Part shown: piece after piece, positions 1-12,468 of the stretch
How positions within the stretch are numbered: position 1 is the stretch's first letter
Layout of the letters: each line of letters starts with the position of its first letter
Assembly: GCA_028826165.1 (NCBI GenBank)
Contig: JAPDFW010000057.1
Location: forward strand, 248,001 to 312,000
Origin: Anaeramoeba ignava BMAN
Lineage: Eukaryota > Protista > Anaeramoebae
DNA length: 64,000 nt
Direction: 5' to 3'
The notes under the pieces: model-generated
Seen by the model: the letters and a program-made list of their open reading frames with translations, nothing else
Told to the model about the DNA's origin: nothing
Database searches by the model: none
Program-made: the position numbers and the translations under genes

Positions 1-489
1 TTCTTTTAATTGTAAAGCATTTTTTTTAATTTGAAAAATTTCCGAATTTTTTTGAATAATATTTTCAATCAAAGAAATAAAATCATGAAAAAAATGTTGA
101 ATATTCAGATAACGATTGTTTTTGAGTTTTTGTGAAATTTCATTAAATTGAATTTGATTTGAATTTTCTTGATTTTCTTGATTTTCTTGATTGAAAAAAA
201 TTTGAAAAGAAGGTAATGAATTTAAATTATTTATAAGTTTTAAACAGTATTGATTTTCTTTTAAAATTTTTTGCTCATTTTTTTCTTTATAATTTATTTT
301 GAGTGTTTGATTTGCTATTGTTCGATTATTTTGGGTATTATTTTTCTTTTCAATTTGATTGTTTGATCTAAAATTGGTTTTTTTTTATTGATTTTTTGCA
401 AGTAAAAAAAATTTTTTTATTAATTTTTAGAAACAAAAAAAAAGAAAGAAAATAAAAGGAAAAATCAATAAATACAAATTATTTTGCAT
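1..489 (-). CDS. Bromodomain-like protein, 5' part (runs off the window start); exons 489-476 and 367-<1
   Basis: Manual translation: MQNNL|SNNQIEK...YCLKLINNLNSLPSFQIFF...IQFNEISQKLKNNRYLNIQHFFHDFISLIENIIQKNSEIFQIKKNALQLKE. This matches the bromodomain pattern (I..KL....Y.....F..DF.L...N....N....I...A..L). The GT-AG intron 475-368 keeps the frame. Confidence 0.55.
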
Positions 490-600
490 TTTTTGTCTTT
501 TTAATATTTAAAGAAAAGAAAAGAAAAAAGAAGGAAAAAAATGATTTTTAAATTTTGGAAAAAAAATTTTTTCAAATCAAATTTAGAATGGAAAATGGAA

Positions 601-1230
601 TATAAATATTTAAATATTTGAATAAATATTAAAATAAATATTAAAATAAATATTAAAATAAATATTAAAATAAATATTAAAATAAATATTTAAATAAATA
701 TTAAAATAAATATTAAAATAAATATTAAAATAAATATTAAAATAAATATTAAAATAAATATTAAAATAAATATTAAAAATAAATATTAAAATAAATATTA
801 AAATAAATATTAAAATAAATATTAAAAATAAATATTAAAAAAATAAAACAAAAAATATTAAAAATAAATATTAAAATAAATATTAAAATAAATATTAAAA
901 ATAAATAAAATAAATATTAAAATAAATATTAAAATTAAATAAATATTAAAAATAAATATTAAAAATAAATATTAAATCAAATATTAAAATAAATATTCAA
1001 ATAAATATTAAAATAAATATTAAAATAAATTTTAAAATAAATATTAAAAATGTTAAAATAAATATTGAAATAAATATTTAAATAAATATTCAAATAAATA
1101 TTAAAATAAATATTAAAATAAATATTAAAATAAATATTTGAATAAATATTAAAATAAATATTAAAATAAATATTAAAATAAATATTAAAATAAATATTAA
1201 ATTAAATATTTAAAAATATTTAAAAATATT
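601..1230. repeat. ~12-bp AT-only tandem repeat (AAATATTAAAAT)n, intergenic between divergent genes
   Basis: Directly visible tandem array. Confidence 0.9.
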
Positions 1231-1288
1231 TAGATTTTTGGAAAATCATTTTTTCATTTTTTTTTCATTCGTTCTTCTCAAATAAAAA

Positions 1289-2895
1289 ATGTCCAATGAA
1301 AAAATAGAAAGCAAAGTAGCCATAGAAACAAGAAAAACAAAACGGTTTGTTATATCCAACGAGGTTGGATTACCAATATTTTTTGAGCCATTAGAAATAC
1401 AATTTATTAATAAAAAAAACTGGGATATCAATAAAATAAGATATGATGCGATTCCACTGTCATTTATATTTGGGAATCAAACCATGTTAGAAAATATTAA
1501 GGACAGAATACATTCAATTCATTCAAGTGACCTTACAATGGTTACAAAAATGGATCCATTTAATGCAATGACTTTTTTTGTATTTTCTTCACAAAACGAT
1601 TCTGTCTTGTTTTTAAACCACCAATTAGTCATGCTGCAGAAATTATTATTATTTAGATTTGGAGAAGGTTTTTTTATTGATTTGGCTCAAACTCCTGGTT
1701 TTTTAGGAGATGAACAAAAGAAAAAAATATCAGAAATGATTATTCCTTTCCAAAAACTTTTTGAATCAGAATTCCCATTTAAATTACATTGTTTAGAATC
1801 AATTCCAAATCAAAATTTAACCAATTCCGTTCAATTTGAATTAAAATCTATTCTTTTTCAATTAAATTTTGTTATTCAAGCTTTTGTTTTTTCTTCAAGA
1901 AAAATTGTTGGTGTTTTTCAATCGAGTGATTATTCTAATGTTTTGATTAAAACTAGTGATTTGATTCATTTAATTATTTATTTAGAATCTCAATTTAAAT
2001 CTCCACAAAATTCAAATTTTTCAAGTGATGAAAATGCTAAGTATATTATATATTTTGAAATTAAAATTAAAATCAAAATTTAAAATTAAAATTAAAATTA
2101 AAATTAAAATTAAAATAAAATAGAAAATCAAAAAAGAAAAATAATTGGGATCTCATTTCAGATTCTGAAAAATTAACAGAAATAACAACAGATATTTTAG
2201 AAACATTACATTTTGACTTAAAACAAGTCACACCAATTGGAGTTTACTCAGCAAAATTAACAGAATCATTATATTTTTCATTATTAGTTGATATGAGTGA
2301 AATTACAGAACAAGAAAATAATATTCTTTTTTTTAGAGCAATATCACAACAATTAAAATATCAATTACGACATTATTTAAATATTTTCCCAGTTACAGAA
2401 CTTAAAATGTCATCATATTATATCAAAGAATTCCCAGGTTTGGTTCATTTTATGCTTGTTAATCGAACCAAAAATCGCATTTTAAAACCCAAAATTTCTA
2501 AATTTTCATTTCAAGAAAATCAAGTGAAAAAAATTCTATTAACAAAAAATCAAATTCAACAGCATTTTATTCATGTTATTAAAGAAGCTCAAGTTCATTT
2601 ATTTGAAGGATGCTTAGAATTTGTTAAAAATCATGGCGATTTATTCTATTCACATTCAATTTGGTTTGAAAATCAAAATGGAGAAATTATTCCAAAAATT
2701 CCAAAACTTGAATTTAATCAAAAGAAAAATCTTTCTTTACCAGAAATTTATCGAAAAATTATGAAAAATATTCCTGATGAAAAAAATATGGTTTGCTATG
2801 AAATTTATAGTTTATATTATGGACTTTCTTCTACTTCAATGGTTGCTCATTTAAATTCTTTATTAACAAAAAAATTGAAATCAGTGTTTTATTAA
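1289..2895 (+). CDS. HPS1: HPS1-like BLOC-3 subunit (longin-domain Rab GEF family); exons 1289-2040 and 2124-2895
   Basis: FPGLVHFMLVNRT (HPS1 FPGLVHFIYVDRT), YSHSIWFEN and C-terminal CYEIYSLY motifs. A GT-AG intron at 2041-2123 joins the two ORFs in frame. Confidence 0.8.
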
Positions 2896-2899
2896 AAAT

Positions 2900-4185
2900 T
2901 GAAAATTTAAAATCAATTAAATTAAATTAAATCAAATCAATTCAAATTAAATTAAATTAAATTAAATTAAATTAAATCAAATCAAATCAATTTAAATTAA
3001 ATCAAATCAAATTAAATTAAATTAAATCAAATCAAATTAAATCAAATCAAATCAAATTAAATTAAATCAAATCAAATTAAATTAAATTAAATTAAATTAA
3101 TTAATTAAATTAAATTAAATCAAATTAAATTAAATCAAATCAAATTAAATTAAATTAAATTAAATTAAATCAAATTAAATCAAATTAAATCAAATCAAAT
3201 TAAATCAAAAATAAATCGAAATCAAATTAAATCAAATTAAATTAAATTAAATCAATTAATTAAATTAAATTAAATTAAATTAAATTAAATCAAATTAAAT
3301 TAAATCAAATTAAATTAATTAAATTAAATTAAATCAAATTAAATTAAATTAAATTAATTAAATCAAATCAAATCAAATTAAATTAATTTAAATTAAATCA
3401 AATTAATTAAATTAAATCAAATTAAATCAAATCAAATCAAATCTAATTCAATCAAAATCAAAACAAATTAAATTAAATCAAAATTAAATTAAATTAAATT
3501 AAATCAAATTAAATTAAATTAAATTAAATCAAATTAAATTAAATCAATTTAAATCAAATCAAATTAAATCAAATTAAATCAAATTAAATCAAATCAAATC
3601 AAATCAAATTAAATCAAATTAAATCAAAATAAATTAAATCAAATTAAATCAAATTAAATCAAATTAAATTAAATTAAATCAATTAATTAAATTAAATCAA
3701 ATTAAATTAAATTAAATCAAATTAAATTAAATTAAATTAAATTAAATCAAATCAAATCAAATTTAAATTAAATCAATAAAATTAAATCAAATTAAATCAA
3801 ATTAAATTAAATTAAATCAAATTTAAATTAATTAAATTAAATCAAATTAAATTAAATCAAATCAAATCAATTAAATTAAATCAAATTAAATCAAATTAAA
3901 TCAAATCAAATCAAATCAAATCAAATCAAATCAAATTAAATCAAATTAAATATTTAAATCAAATCAAATCAATTTAAATCAAATTAAATCAAATTAAATC
4001 AAATCAAATCAAATTAAATTAAATTAAATTAAATTAATTAAATTAAATCAAATTAAATCAAATTAAATTAAATAAATTCAATCAAAATCAAATCAAAATA
4101 AATTAAATTAAATTAAATTAAATTAAATTAAATCAAATCAAATTAAATCAAATCAAAACAAATCAAATTAAATTAAATCTAATTA
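2900..4185. repeat. Pentamer microsatellite (AAATT/AAATC)n, intergenic
   Basis: Directly visible. Confidence 0.9.
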
Positions 4186-4360
4186 GGATGAATGTTATTT
4201 TTTCTTTTATTTTGTTATGACTAAAATTTTTCAAACGAAAAATAAAACTTTTCAATTAAAATTGAAATGAAAATTTAATTCCAATTTTAATTTTAAAATT
4301 AAAAAAAAAGAAAAAAAAATTTTTTTCATTTTTCATTTTTCATTTTTCATTTTTCTTTAA

Positions 4361-6228
4361 ATGCAAAAATTAACAGAAGAACAAGAAACTAAATTTTTAC
4401 ATTTTTTAAAAGTTAATTGTGAATTTGAAGAACCAAAAACAAAATTTTATTCTTCAAAAGATATTGAAACTATTTTTTCACTTTCAGAAACTAGTTCATT
4501 AATTATTTTTGATTACATTGATAAACAAAAAGAAAGAACAATAACTTTTAATCAAATTGCAGAATTTTTAGCAATTTTTACAAATGGAGAACCTTCTTTA
4601 AAAGGAAAAGGTTAATAAAATTAAAATTAAAAATAAAAATAAAATTAAAATTAAAATTTCTTTTATTTTCTTTTTTTAGAACTTTTTCATTTATGGGATC
4701 AAAATAAAGATGGTTTTATTGATAGAAAAGAAGCTTATCAATTTATTGATTGTGTTCTTCAAATTTCAGTTTCACAACTTAAACAAGTTATTGAAGGAAT
4801 AACTTCCTCACAATCAGCAATGACTTCTTTTTTAGAAGGGTTTGAAATGGGAATGCAAATGACTTCAGAATGTATTTTAATTTTAATTTTTAATTTGAAT
4901 TTTAATTTTAATTTTAATTTTAATTTTAATTATAATTTTAATTTTAATTTTAATTTTATTAATAATTTTTTAATTATAATTTTAATTTTAATTTTAATTT
5001 TTAATTTTAATTTTAATTTTAATTTTAATTTTAATTTTAATTTTAATTTTAATTTTAATTTTAATTTTAATTTTAATTTTAATTTTAATTTTAATTTTAA
5101 TTTTAATTTTAATTTTAATTTTAATTTTAATTTTAATTTTAATTATTTTTATTAATAATTTTAATTTTAAATTTCATTAAAAAAGATCAAAATCAAAACA
5201 AAAATCAAATTAATTCAAAACAAAACCAACCGAAATTAAATGAAGAAGATGCAAAACAAATTTTAGAACAATCAATGACAACATTAAATTTACAAAATCC
5301 AGAAACAATCAATGGAGTGGTTGATGAAATGTTTAAACAAACAGACATAGATAAAGATGGATTAATTTCCGAAAAAGAATTTGTTCATCATTTTTTGAAT
5401 GAATATCATTCACCTCTTCATCAATTTTTGGAACATATTACTTTTATTTTTAAGGATGAAAATGAAATGCTTAATTTTCACCAGCAAATGACTGAATTAA
5501 TGAAAATTCCAACTAAAAATGTTGAACAAAAACAAAATCCCAAAACAGTGGAAGCTTTTAATCCTTTTGATTTTATTGAAATGGAAAATTTTAAAAAGAA
5601 ACAAAATGAAAATCAAGAAATACAAAATGAAAATCAAGAAATACAAAATGAAAATCAAGAAAATCAAAATCAAAATCAAAATCAAAATCAAGAAAATCAA
5701 AATCAAAATCAAGCTTTTGATCCTTTTCAACAAGATTTTCTTGATTCAAAATTTTATTTCCAAGCATTTCAAGAATATTCAAATGAAATTCAATTTCCAA
5801 TTGGAAATTTTCCCGAATTTGATGGAAATGCAAAAGAAAATGAAGAAATGCTAGCAGATCTTAAAGAAAAAATCAAAGAATTTGATCCAATAATTGGACC
5901 AGTTTTTTATCAATATCAAACAGTGATTTATTTTTTGATTTTCTTATTGGAAATGGGAATGTTATCAATTAATGGATGGGAAAAAGTATTTGAAGAAGGA
6001 GATCAATCAATTCGAGGATTTAGATACAAAAAAGGAGATAAAAGAATCATGGTTTATTTAAAAGATATTGAGAATGGATCTCAATCAATTCTTGCTGCTT
6101 TTGTTCCTGATCCAAAAAAACTCCCAAGTTTAGATAAAGAAGTTCCTATTCAACAAAATATTCAAAATCAAGATAATTCAGAAAAATCTCAACAAAATTC
6201 AAATACTGGTGAATGTTTGCTGATGTGA
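4361..6228 (+). CDS. EF-hand Ca2+-binding protein (NCS/calcineurin-B-like N-terminal part) with C-terminal extension and CAAX box; 3 exons
   Basis: EF loops DQNKDGFIDRKE and DIDKDGLISEKE; ends ...GECLLM*. Introns ~4611-4679 and ~4872-5185 keep the frame. Confidence 0.75.
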
Positions 6229-6496
6229 GCAATTCCTCTTTTCTTTTACTTTACTTTACTTTACTTTACTTTTCTTTTAATTTCAACAAAAATTTTCTTT
6301 TAAAAAATAAACAAGAATAAAATTCGAAATCTTAATAAAAAATAAAATTGGGAAAAATTTTGTGGAATTTATTCTTTTGTTTTTTTTTTGCCAAATCAAA
6401 AAATTCAAAAGAAAAAATTCAAAAAAGAAAAAATTCAAAAAAGAAAAAATTCAAATCAAAAAATTCAAAAAAGAAAAAATTCAAAAAAGAAAAAAT

Positions 6497-6925
6497 TCAA
6501 TTTGGGTCAATATGAATGTCATAATTTATGCAAAGAATTTCTAAACTATTATCACCAACAAGTTCAATTTGACCTGAATATTCACCAGCAGGAACATAAG
6601 CAGGAAGTGGTTCATCCAAATTTATAGTAAGTTTACCAACTTTAATTGGACAAGAAAAACCAGGAAGAGAACATAAATTTTCTTGGATTTGAAGAATTTT
6701 AATTGAATTAAAATAAACAGTAACATAAGCTGATCCTTCATCAATTTCTGTTGTTAAATTCCCATCTAATGTTATTTCAATTGGTTTTCCTACAATTGGT
6801 GGATCAGGAACTACTTGTAATTCACTTAATTCTAATGGATATTTTGTTGTTTCACAATAACTCCATTCTTTTGTTTGAATAAGTGGAAAAATTATTATGA
6901 TTAAAAAGAAGAAAATTGTTTTCAT
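6497..6925 (-). CDS. ML-domain (MD-2-related lipid recognition) protein, NPC2 / PG-PI transfer protein-like, secreted
   Basis: Signal peptide; WSYC, V.PDPP..G, NLC....SCPI..G, P...P.G.Y and final C motifs typical of ML domains. Confidence 0.85.
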   Translation of the reverse strand: MKTIFFFLIIIIFPLIQTKEWSYCETTKYPLELSELQVVPDPPIVGKPIEITLDGNLTTEIDEGSAYVTVYFNSIKILQIQENLCSLPGFSCPIKVGKLTINLDEPLPAYVPAGEYSGQIELVGDNSLEILCINYDIHIDPN

Positions 6926-7158
6926 TTTAAAAGAAAAAAATTTTTTTTTTAATTTAAATAATTTGATTATTCAATCTTTTTTTAAATTTAAAACAAAGAA
7001 ATTAATAAAATTTAAAAACAAAGAAAAATTAAAATGAAAAAAATAAAATGAAAAAATAAAATATTTTTTATTATTATTTTTTTTTAGTCAAAATTTTAGT
7101 GATTTTTATTTTTTTTGATGCTTTATTTCTTTTTTTTTTTAAAATCAAAATTACTCAT

Positions 7159-10100
7159 TTAAAAAAAATCACTATCATCTTCTTCTTCAATTTTATAATT
7201 AATTTTTTGATTTCGAAACATTTCTGCTACTTGTCTTGAATTTGTGGCTTGTTCTGGACTTTTATCTTCTCTAACTTTTAAAAATCTTGGAAAACGTAAA
7301 GCAATTCCTTTTTTTGAATTTACCTATTCAAAAATTTTTCATCAATTCAATCCAAATAAAAATAAAAATAAAAATTAAAATAAAATTAGATTTAATAAAA
7401 ATTCCAAATTATTTCTTACAAGTCCTATTCCTGCTGGATAAACTGGACTAATTGAAAGATCAGCTGCTAATATTTCCCAAACTTGACAAGGAGCAAACCA
7501 AACATCTAAATTAAAATCAATAAAATAAAAAAAAACAAAAAAATTATTTGCTTTTTTTTCTTTTTTTGCTTTTTTTTTTTACCTGGTTTAGATTTTCCAT
7601 TAGGTTCTTGATAATATTGAGGTTTTTTTGGAACAATATGCTCTTTTAATTGTTGCCAAAAAAGTTCAAGATTTTGATCTGAAAAACCTGTTCCAATTTT
7701 GCAAATAGCTTGATATTCTTCATTATCTTCATCATAACAAGCCAATAAATAACCTCCATATTTTCCACTTCTTTTCCCTCTTCCATAATAACCTCCAATA
7801 GGAACAAGATCTAATGAATCAGTTAATCCATCAAGATAATCTTTTTTGATTTTTAGCCAACGATATGATCTTTTAGATGGTTCATAAGTTGCATTTTGTG
7901 CAAGAGTTTTCACCATTAATCCTTCACAATTATTTTCAACTGCTTCATCCAAAAAATTCTTTTTTTTTTAAAAGAGCATCAAATTAATCATTTTAAATTT
8001 TAAATTTTTTGATTTTTTGATTTTTTGATTTACGGAAATATCTTCAATATCATTTGAATCCATTCTTTGAGCAAATAAAAATTTTCCTTCCAATTGTTCA
8101 AAAGAATTTTCTAATATAACTCTTCTTTCTTTCAAAGTTTTTCTAAGTAAAGACTAAATATTTTGATTTAATTTGATTTAATTTGATTTGATTAAATTGA
8201 TTTAAATTGATTTGATTTGATTAATTTGATTTGATTAAATTGATTTAATTTAATTTAATTTAATTTGATTTAATTTAATTTAATTTAATTTAATTTGATT
8301 AAATTGATTTGATTTAAATTAATTTAAATTAATTTGATTTAATTTTGATTTGATTAAATTGATTTGATTAAATTGATTTAATTTAATTTAATTTGATTTG
8401 ATTTTGATTTAAATTTGATTTAATTTTGAAAAGAAAAATGTAAATAAATTACTTCTCCATTAATATACAAAACATCAAAAACAAACAAACAAATTTGAAC
8501 TTTTATATCAACTTCTTCCACTTTTTTTCTTGCTCTTGTACTAAGAACTTGAAAAGGTAAAATTTGTTTAGTTTCTGGATTAAATGCAACAGCTTCAGAA
8601 TCAAGAACAAAAGAATTAATGTGATCTTTTTTGATTTGAGGAATCAATTTAACAATATCTGGATATTTTTCTGAGCAATCAATTGAATTTCTTGAATAAA
8701 TCTTTACTTTTTGATCTTGTAATAAATGTATTTGAGCTCTTTCTCCATCATATTTATATTCACAAGTAAATTCTAAACCAGATAATCTATCTAAAACTTC
8801 TCTAATTCCCTTTGTTGGTTTTGCGAGCATTGGTTTAACTGGTATTCCTATTATTTTCAAATTAAAAAAAAAGTATTTAAATTTGATTTTGATTGATTTT
8901 GATTTTGATTTTAATTTTGATTTTAATTTTAATTTTAATTTTGATTTTTAATTTTGATTTTGATTTTAATTTTGATTTTAATTTTGATTTTGATTTTAAT
9001 TCTGATTTAATTGATTTTAATTTTAATTTTGATATTGATTTTGATTTAGATTTAGATTTTAAATTTGAATTGATTTTGATTTTGATTTTGATTTTGATTT
9101 TGATTTTGATTTTGATTTTGATTTAATTGATTTTGATTTAGATTTTGATATTGATTTTGATTTTGATATTGATTTTAATTCTGATTTAATTGATTTTAAT
9201 TTTAATTTTGATATTGATTTTGATTTAGATTTAGATTTTAAATTTGAATTGATTTTGATTTTGATTTTGATTTTGATTTAGATTTTGATATTGATTTTGA
9301 TTTTGATTTTAATTTTATTATTGATTTAGATTTAGATTTTGATTTTGATTTTAATTTTATTATTGATTTAGATTTTGATTTTGATTTTGATTTAGATTTT
9401 GATATTGATTTTGATTTTGATTTTGATTTTGATTTTGATTTTGATTTTAATTTTGAAATTGAAATTAAGATGAATTCAAACCTGGAGTCAAAATACATTT
9501 TTGAGGTAATTCTTCTAATCCATGTTCTAAGCATAAAGGAATAATAACTTCCAATGAAGGAAGTTCACTATAAGCAGTTTTAAAAATTTGTTCTGCATGA
9601 AATAAACTTTCATCTTTAATAAAAGGAATTTTCTTTGATTTTTTGGGATTTTCAAGAAATTTGTCTCTGTGAGAATGAAGAAATAAAGCATAAGCAAGAG
9701 AAGTTAAAACCGTTTTTTCTGCCAAACCAATTCTTAATTTGCATTGTAAAGTTCGAACCAAAAATAATAATTCACATCCTTGACTATTAACAAGAAGAAA
9801 ATTGATTAACTTTTGCTTTGTTTCTTGTGAATTAGAACCAGATGCAAGTGCAATATCTTTAAGTGTTTGAAAAACTCTTTCTACTGTTAATTTTATTGGT
9901 TGAACAAGCATTGTTTGTCCTCCTTTTCTTGACTTGTTTTTTATTTTTAATTTGATTTTGATTTTGATTTTGATTTTGATTTTGATTTTGATTTTGATTT
10001 AGATTTAGATTTTGATTTAGATTTTGATTTAGATTTAGATTTTGATTTAGATTTATATTTAGATTTTGATTTAGATTTTGATTTAGATTTTGATTTAGAT

Positions 10101-12234
10101 TTTGATTTAGATTTAGATTTAGATTTTGATTTAGATTTAGATTTTGATTTAGATTTTGATTTTGATTTAGATTTTGATTTAGATTTAGATTTAGATTTAG
10201 ATTTAGATTTAGATTTAGATTTTGATTTAGATTTAGATTTTGATTTAGATTTGTTTTGATTTAGATTTTGATTTAGATTTTGATTTTGATTTTGATTTTG
10301 ATTTAGATTTAGATTTAGATTTAGATTTAGATTTTGATTTAGATTTTGATATTGATATTGATTTAGATTTAGATTTAAATTTTAATTTAGATTTAGATTT
10401 AGATTTAGATTTAGATTTAGATTTAGATTTAGATTTAGATTTAGATTTAGATTTATATTTAGATTTAGATTTAGATTTTGATTTTGATTTTAATTTAGAT
10501 TTAGATTATTACTTGTGCTACAAAACCAAGATCTCCTTTTTTTTCGTAAACTTCTTTAATCTTTTTGAGAGGTAATTCTGTTGAACGAGAAATACATTTC
10601 ATTAAAATTTGTTCACCAATTCCAAATTCAATTCCTTCAAAATCAGGAGCGACCTTTTTTTTTTCAAATTAATTAAATTTAAATTTATTACAGATTTAAT
10701 TTGAAATTTGGATTTAATTTTGAATTTTCTACTCTTGCTAAACATAAATAAACTGCTGGAAGAAGATCATTTGGATTCAAAGCTATTATTGTTCTAAAAG
10801 TATTTAAAAGAATCTCAGCGGATTTTAAACGTCCTGTTTCTTTTCCAATTAAATCAAAAGTTTTAGCAAGTAACATATAAGGAGTTCTATTTGATTTGAA
10901 TATAAAATTTTGAATATAAAATTTTCTTTTTAATTTTCAAGTTAAAATTTGGATAAATACTTTTCTCCTTTTTTATATTGAACTAATGAATTTTTATATG
11001 GATCATAATTTGCGTATTTAATTGGTTTTTTTGTAGATTTTGTAGGTTTTGAAGGTTTTGAAGGTTTTGAAGGTTTTGCTTTCCTTTTAAGTTTTCCAAT
11101 TTGATTTTCAGAAATATCAATAGTTTCAAGTTTTTTTTCAACTTCCATTTTTTTTCCTTTTCTCTTCTGAAAGTTGAGTTTTTGTTGTTTTTGATTTTCT
11201 TCAATTTCATTTTGACTATTTGATTCATTTTGACTATTTAATTCATTTTCACTATTTGATTCATTTTCACTGTTTAATTCATTTTCACTATTTGATTCAT
11301 TTTCACTATTTGATTCATTTTCACTATTTGATTCATTTTCACTATTTGATTCATTTTCACTATTTGATTCATTTTCACTATTTGATTCATTTTGACTATT
11401 TGATTCATTTGATTCATTTGATTTAGATTTAGATTCATTTGATTCATTTGATTCATTTGATTTATTTGATTTTGGTTTTGGTTTTGATTTAGATTTTGAT
11501 TTAGATTTTGATTTTGATTTTGATTTTGATTTAGATTTATTTTCGCTATTTGATTCATTTGATTTATTTGATTTATTTTCACTATTTGATTCATTTGATT
11601 TAGATTTTGATTTAGATTTTGATTTAGATTTAGATTTATTTTCACTATTTGATTCATTTGATTCATTTGATTTTGATTTTGATTTAGATTTTGATTTTGA
11701 TTTTGATTTTGATTTTGATTTATTTTCGCTATTTGATTCATTTGATTTATTTGATTTATTTTCACTATTTGATTCATTTGATTTAGATTTTGATTTAGAT
11801 TTTGATTTTGATTTAGATTTATTTTCGCTATTTGATTCATTTTCACTATTTGATTCATTTGATTCATTTGATTCATTTGATTCATTTGATTCATTTGATT
11901 CATTTGATTTTGATTTTGGTTTTGATTTTGGTTTATTTTCGCTATTTGATTCATTTTCACTATTTGATTCATTTGATTCATTTGATTTTGATTTTGGTTT
12001 TGGTTTTGATTTTGATTTTGATTTTGATTTTAGAAAACCAAGAATTTGACCTGTTCTTGTTCTTTTGGAAGCTTTAAAAACAGGATTTTCATTTTGATTT
12101 TGATTTTGATTTAAATTTTGATTTTGATTTTGATTTTGATTTTGATTTTCATTTTGATTCTGATTTGAATTTGAATTTGAATTTTTCTTTTTAATTGGAA
12201 AAAATTTACTTAAGGTTTGTTGTTTAGAAAGCAT
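7159..12234 (-). CDS. LIG1: DNA ligase I (ATP-dependent), 9 exons
   Basis: N-terminal PIP box QQTLSKFF; active site [12 protein letters not shown]; [23 protein letters not shown] and [13 protein letters not shown] motifs. All eight GT-AG introns traced in frame; stop at 7161-7159. Confidence 0.95.
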
Positions 12235-12468
12235 TTATTTATTTTAAAAAAAATAAAAATAAAAATAAAAATAAAAATAAAAAAATAAATAAAAAGTTTA
12301 AATAAAGTTTGTTTTCGTTAAATTTTATATTTTTCTCCTTTTTAAATTTTTTTTTTATTTTTCTCCTTTTTAAATATTTTTTTTTATTTTTTCATTTTTC
12401 ATTTTTTTTCTTAATTTTAAATAAAATAAAAAAATAATAAAAAAAATAAAAAAATCTGAATCAGAAAA

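Noticed and set aside
10942-12234. Intein or mobile insert in DNA ligase I
   Set aside because: The insert is low-complexity S/K/N/E sequence in the normally disordered N-terminus, with no intein splicing motifs or endonuclease.
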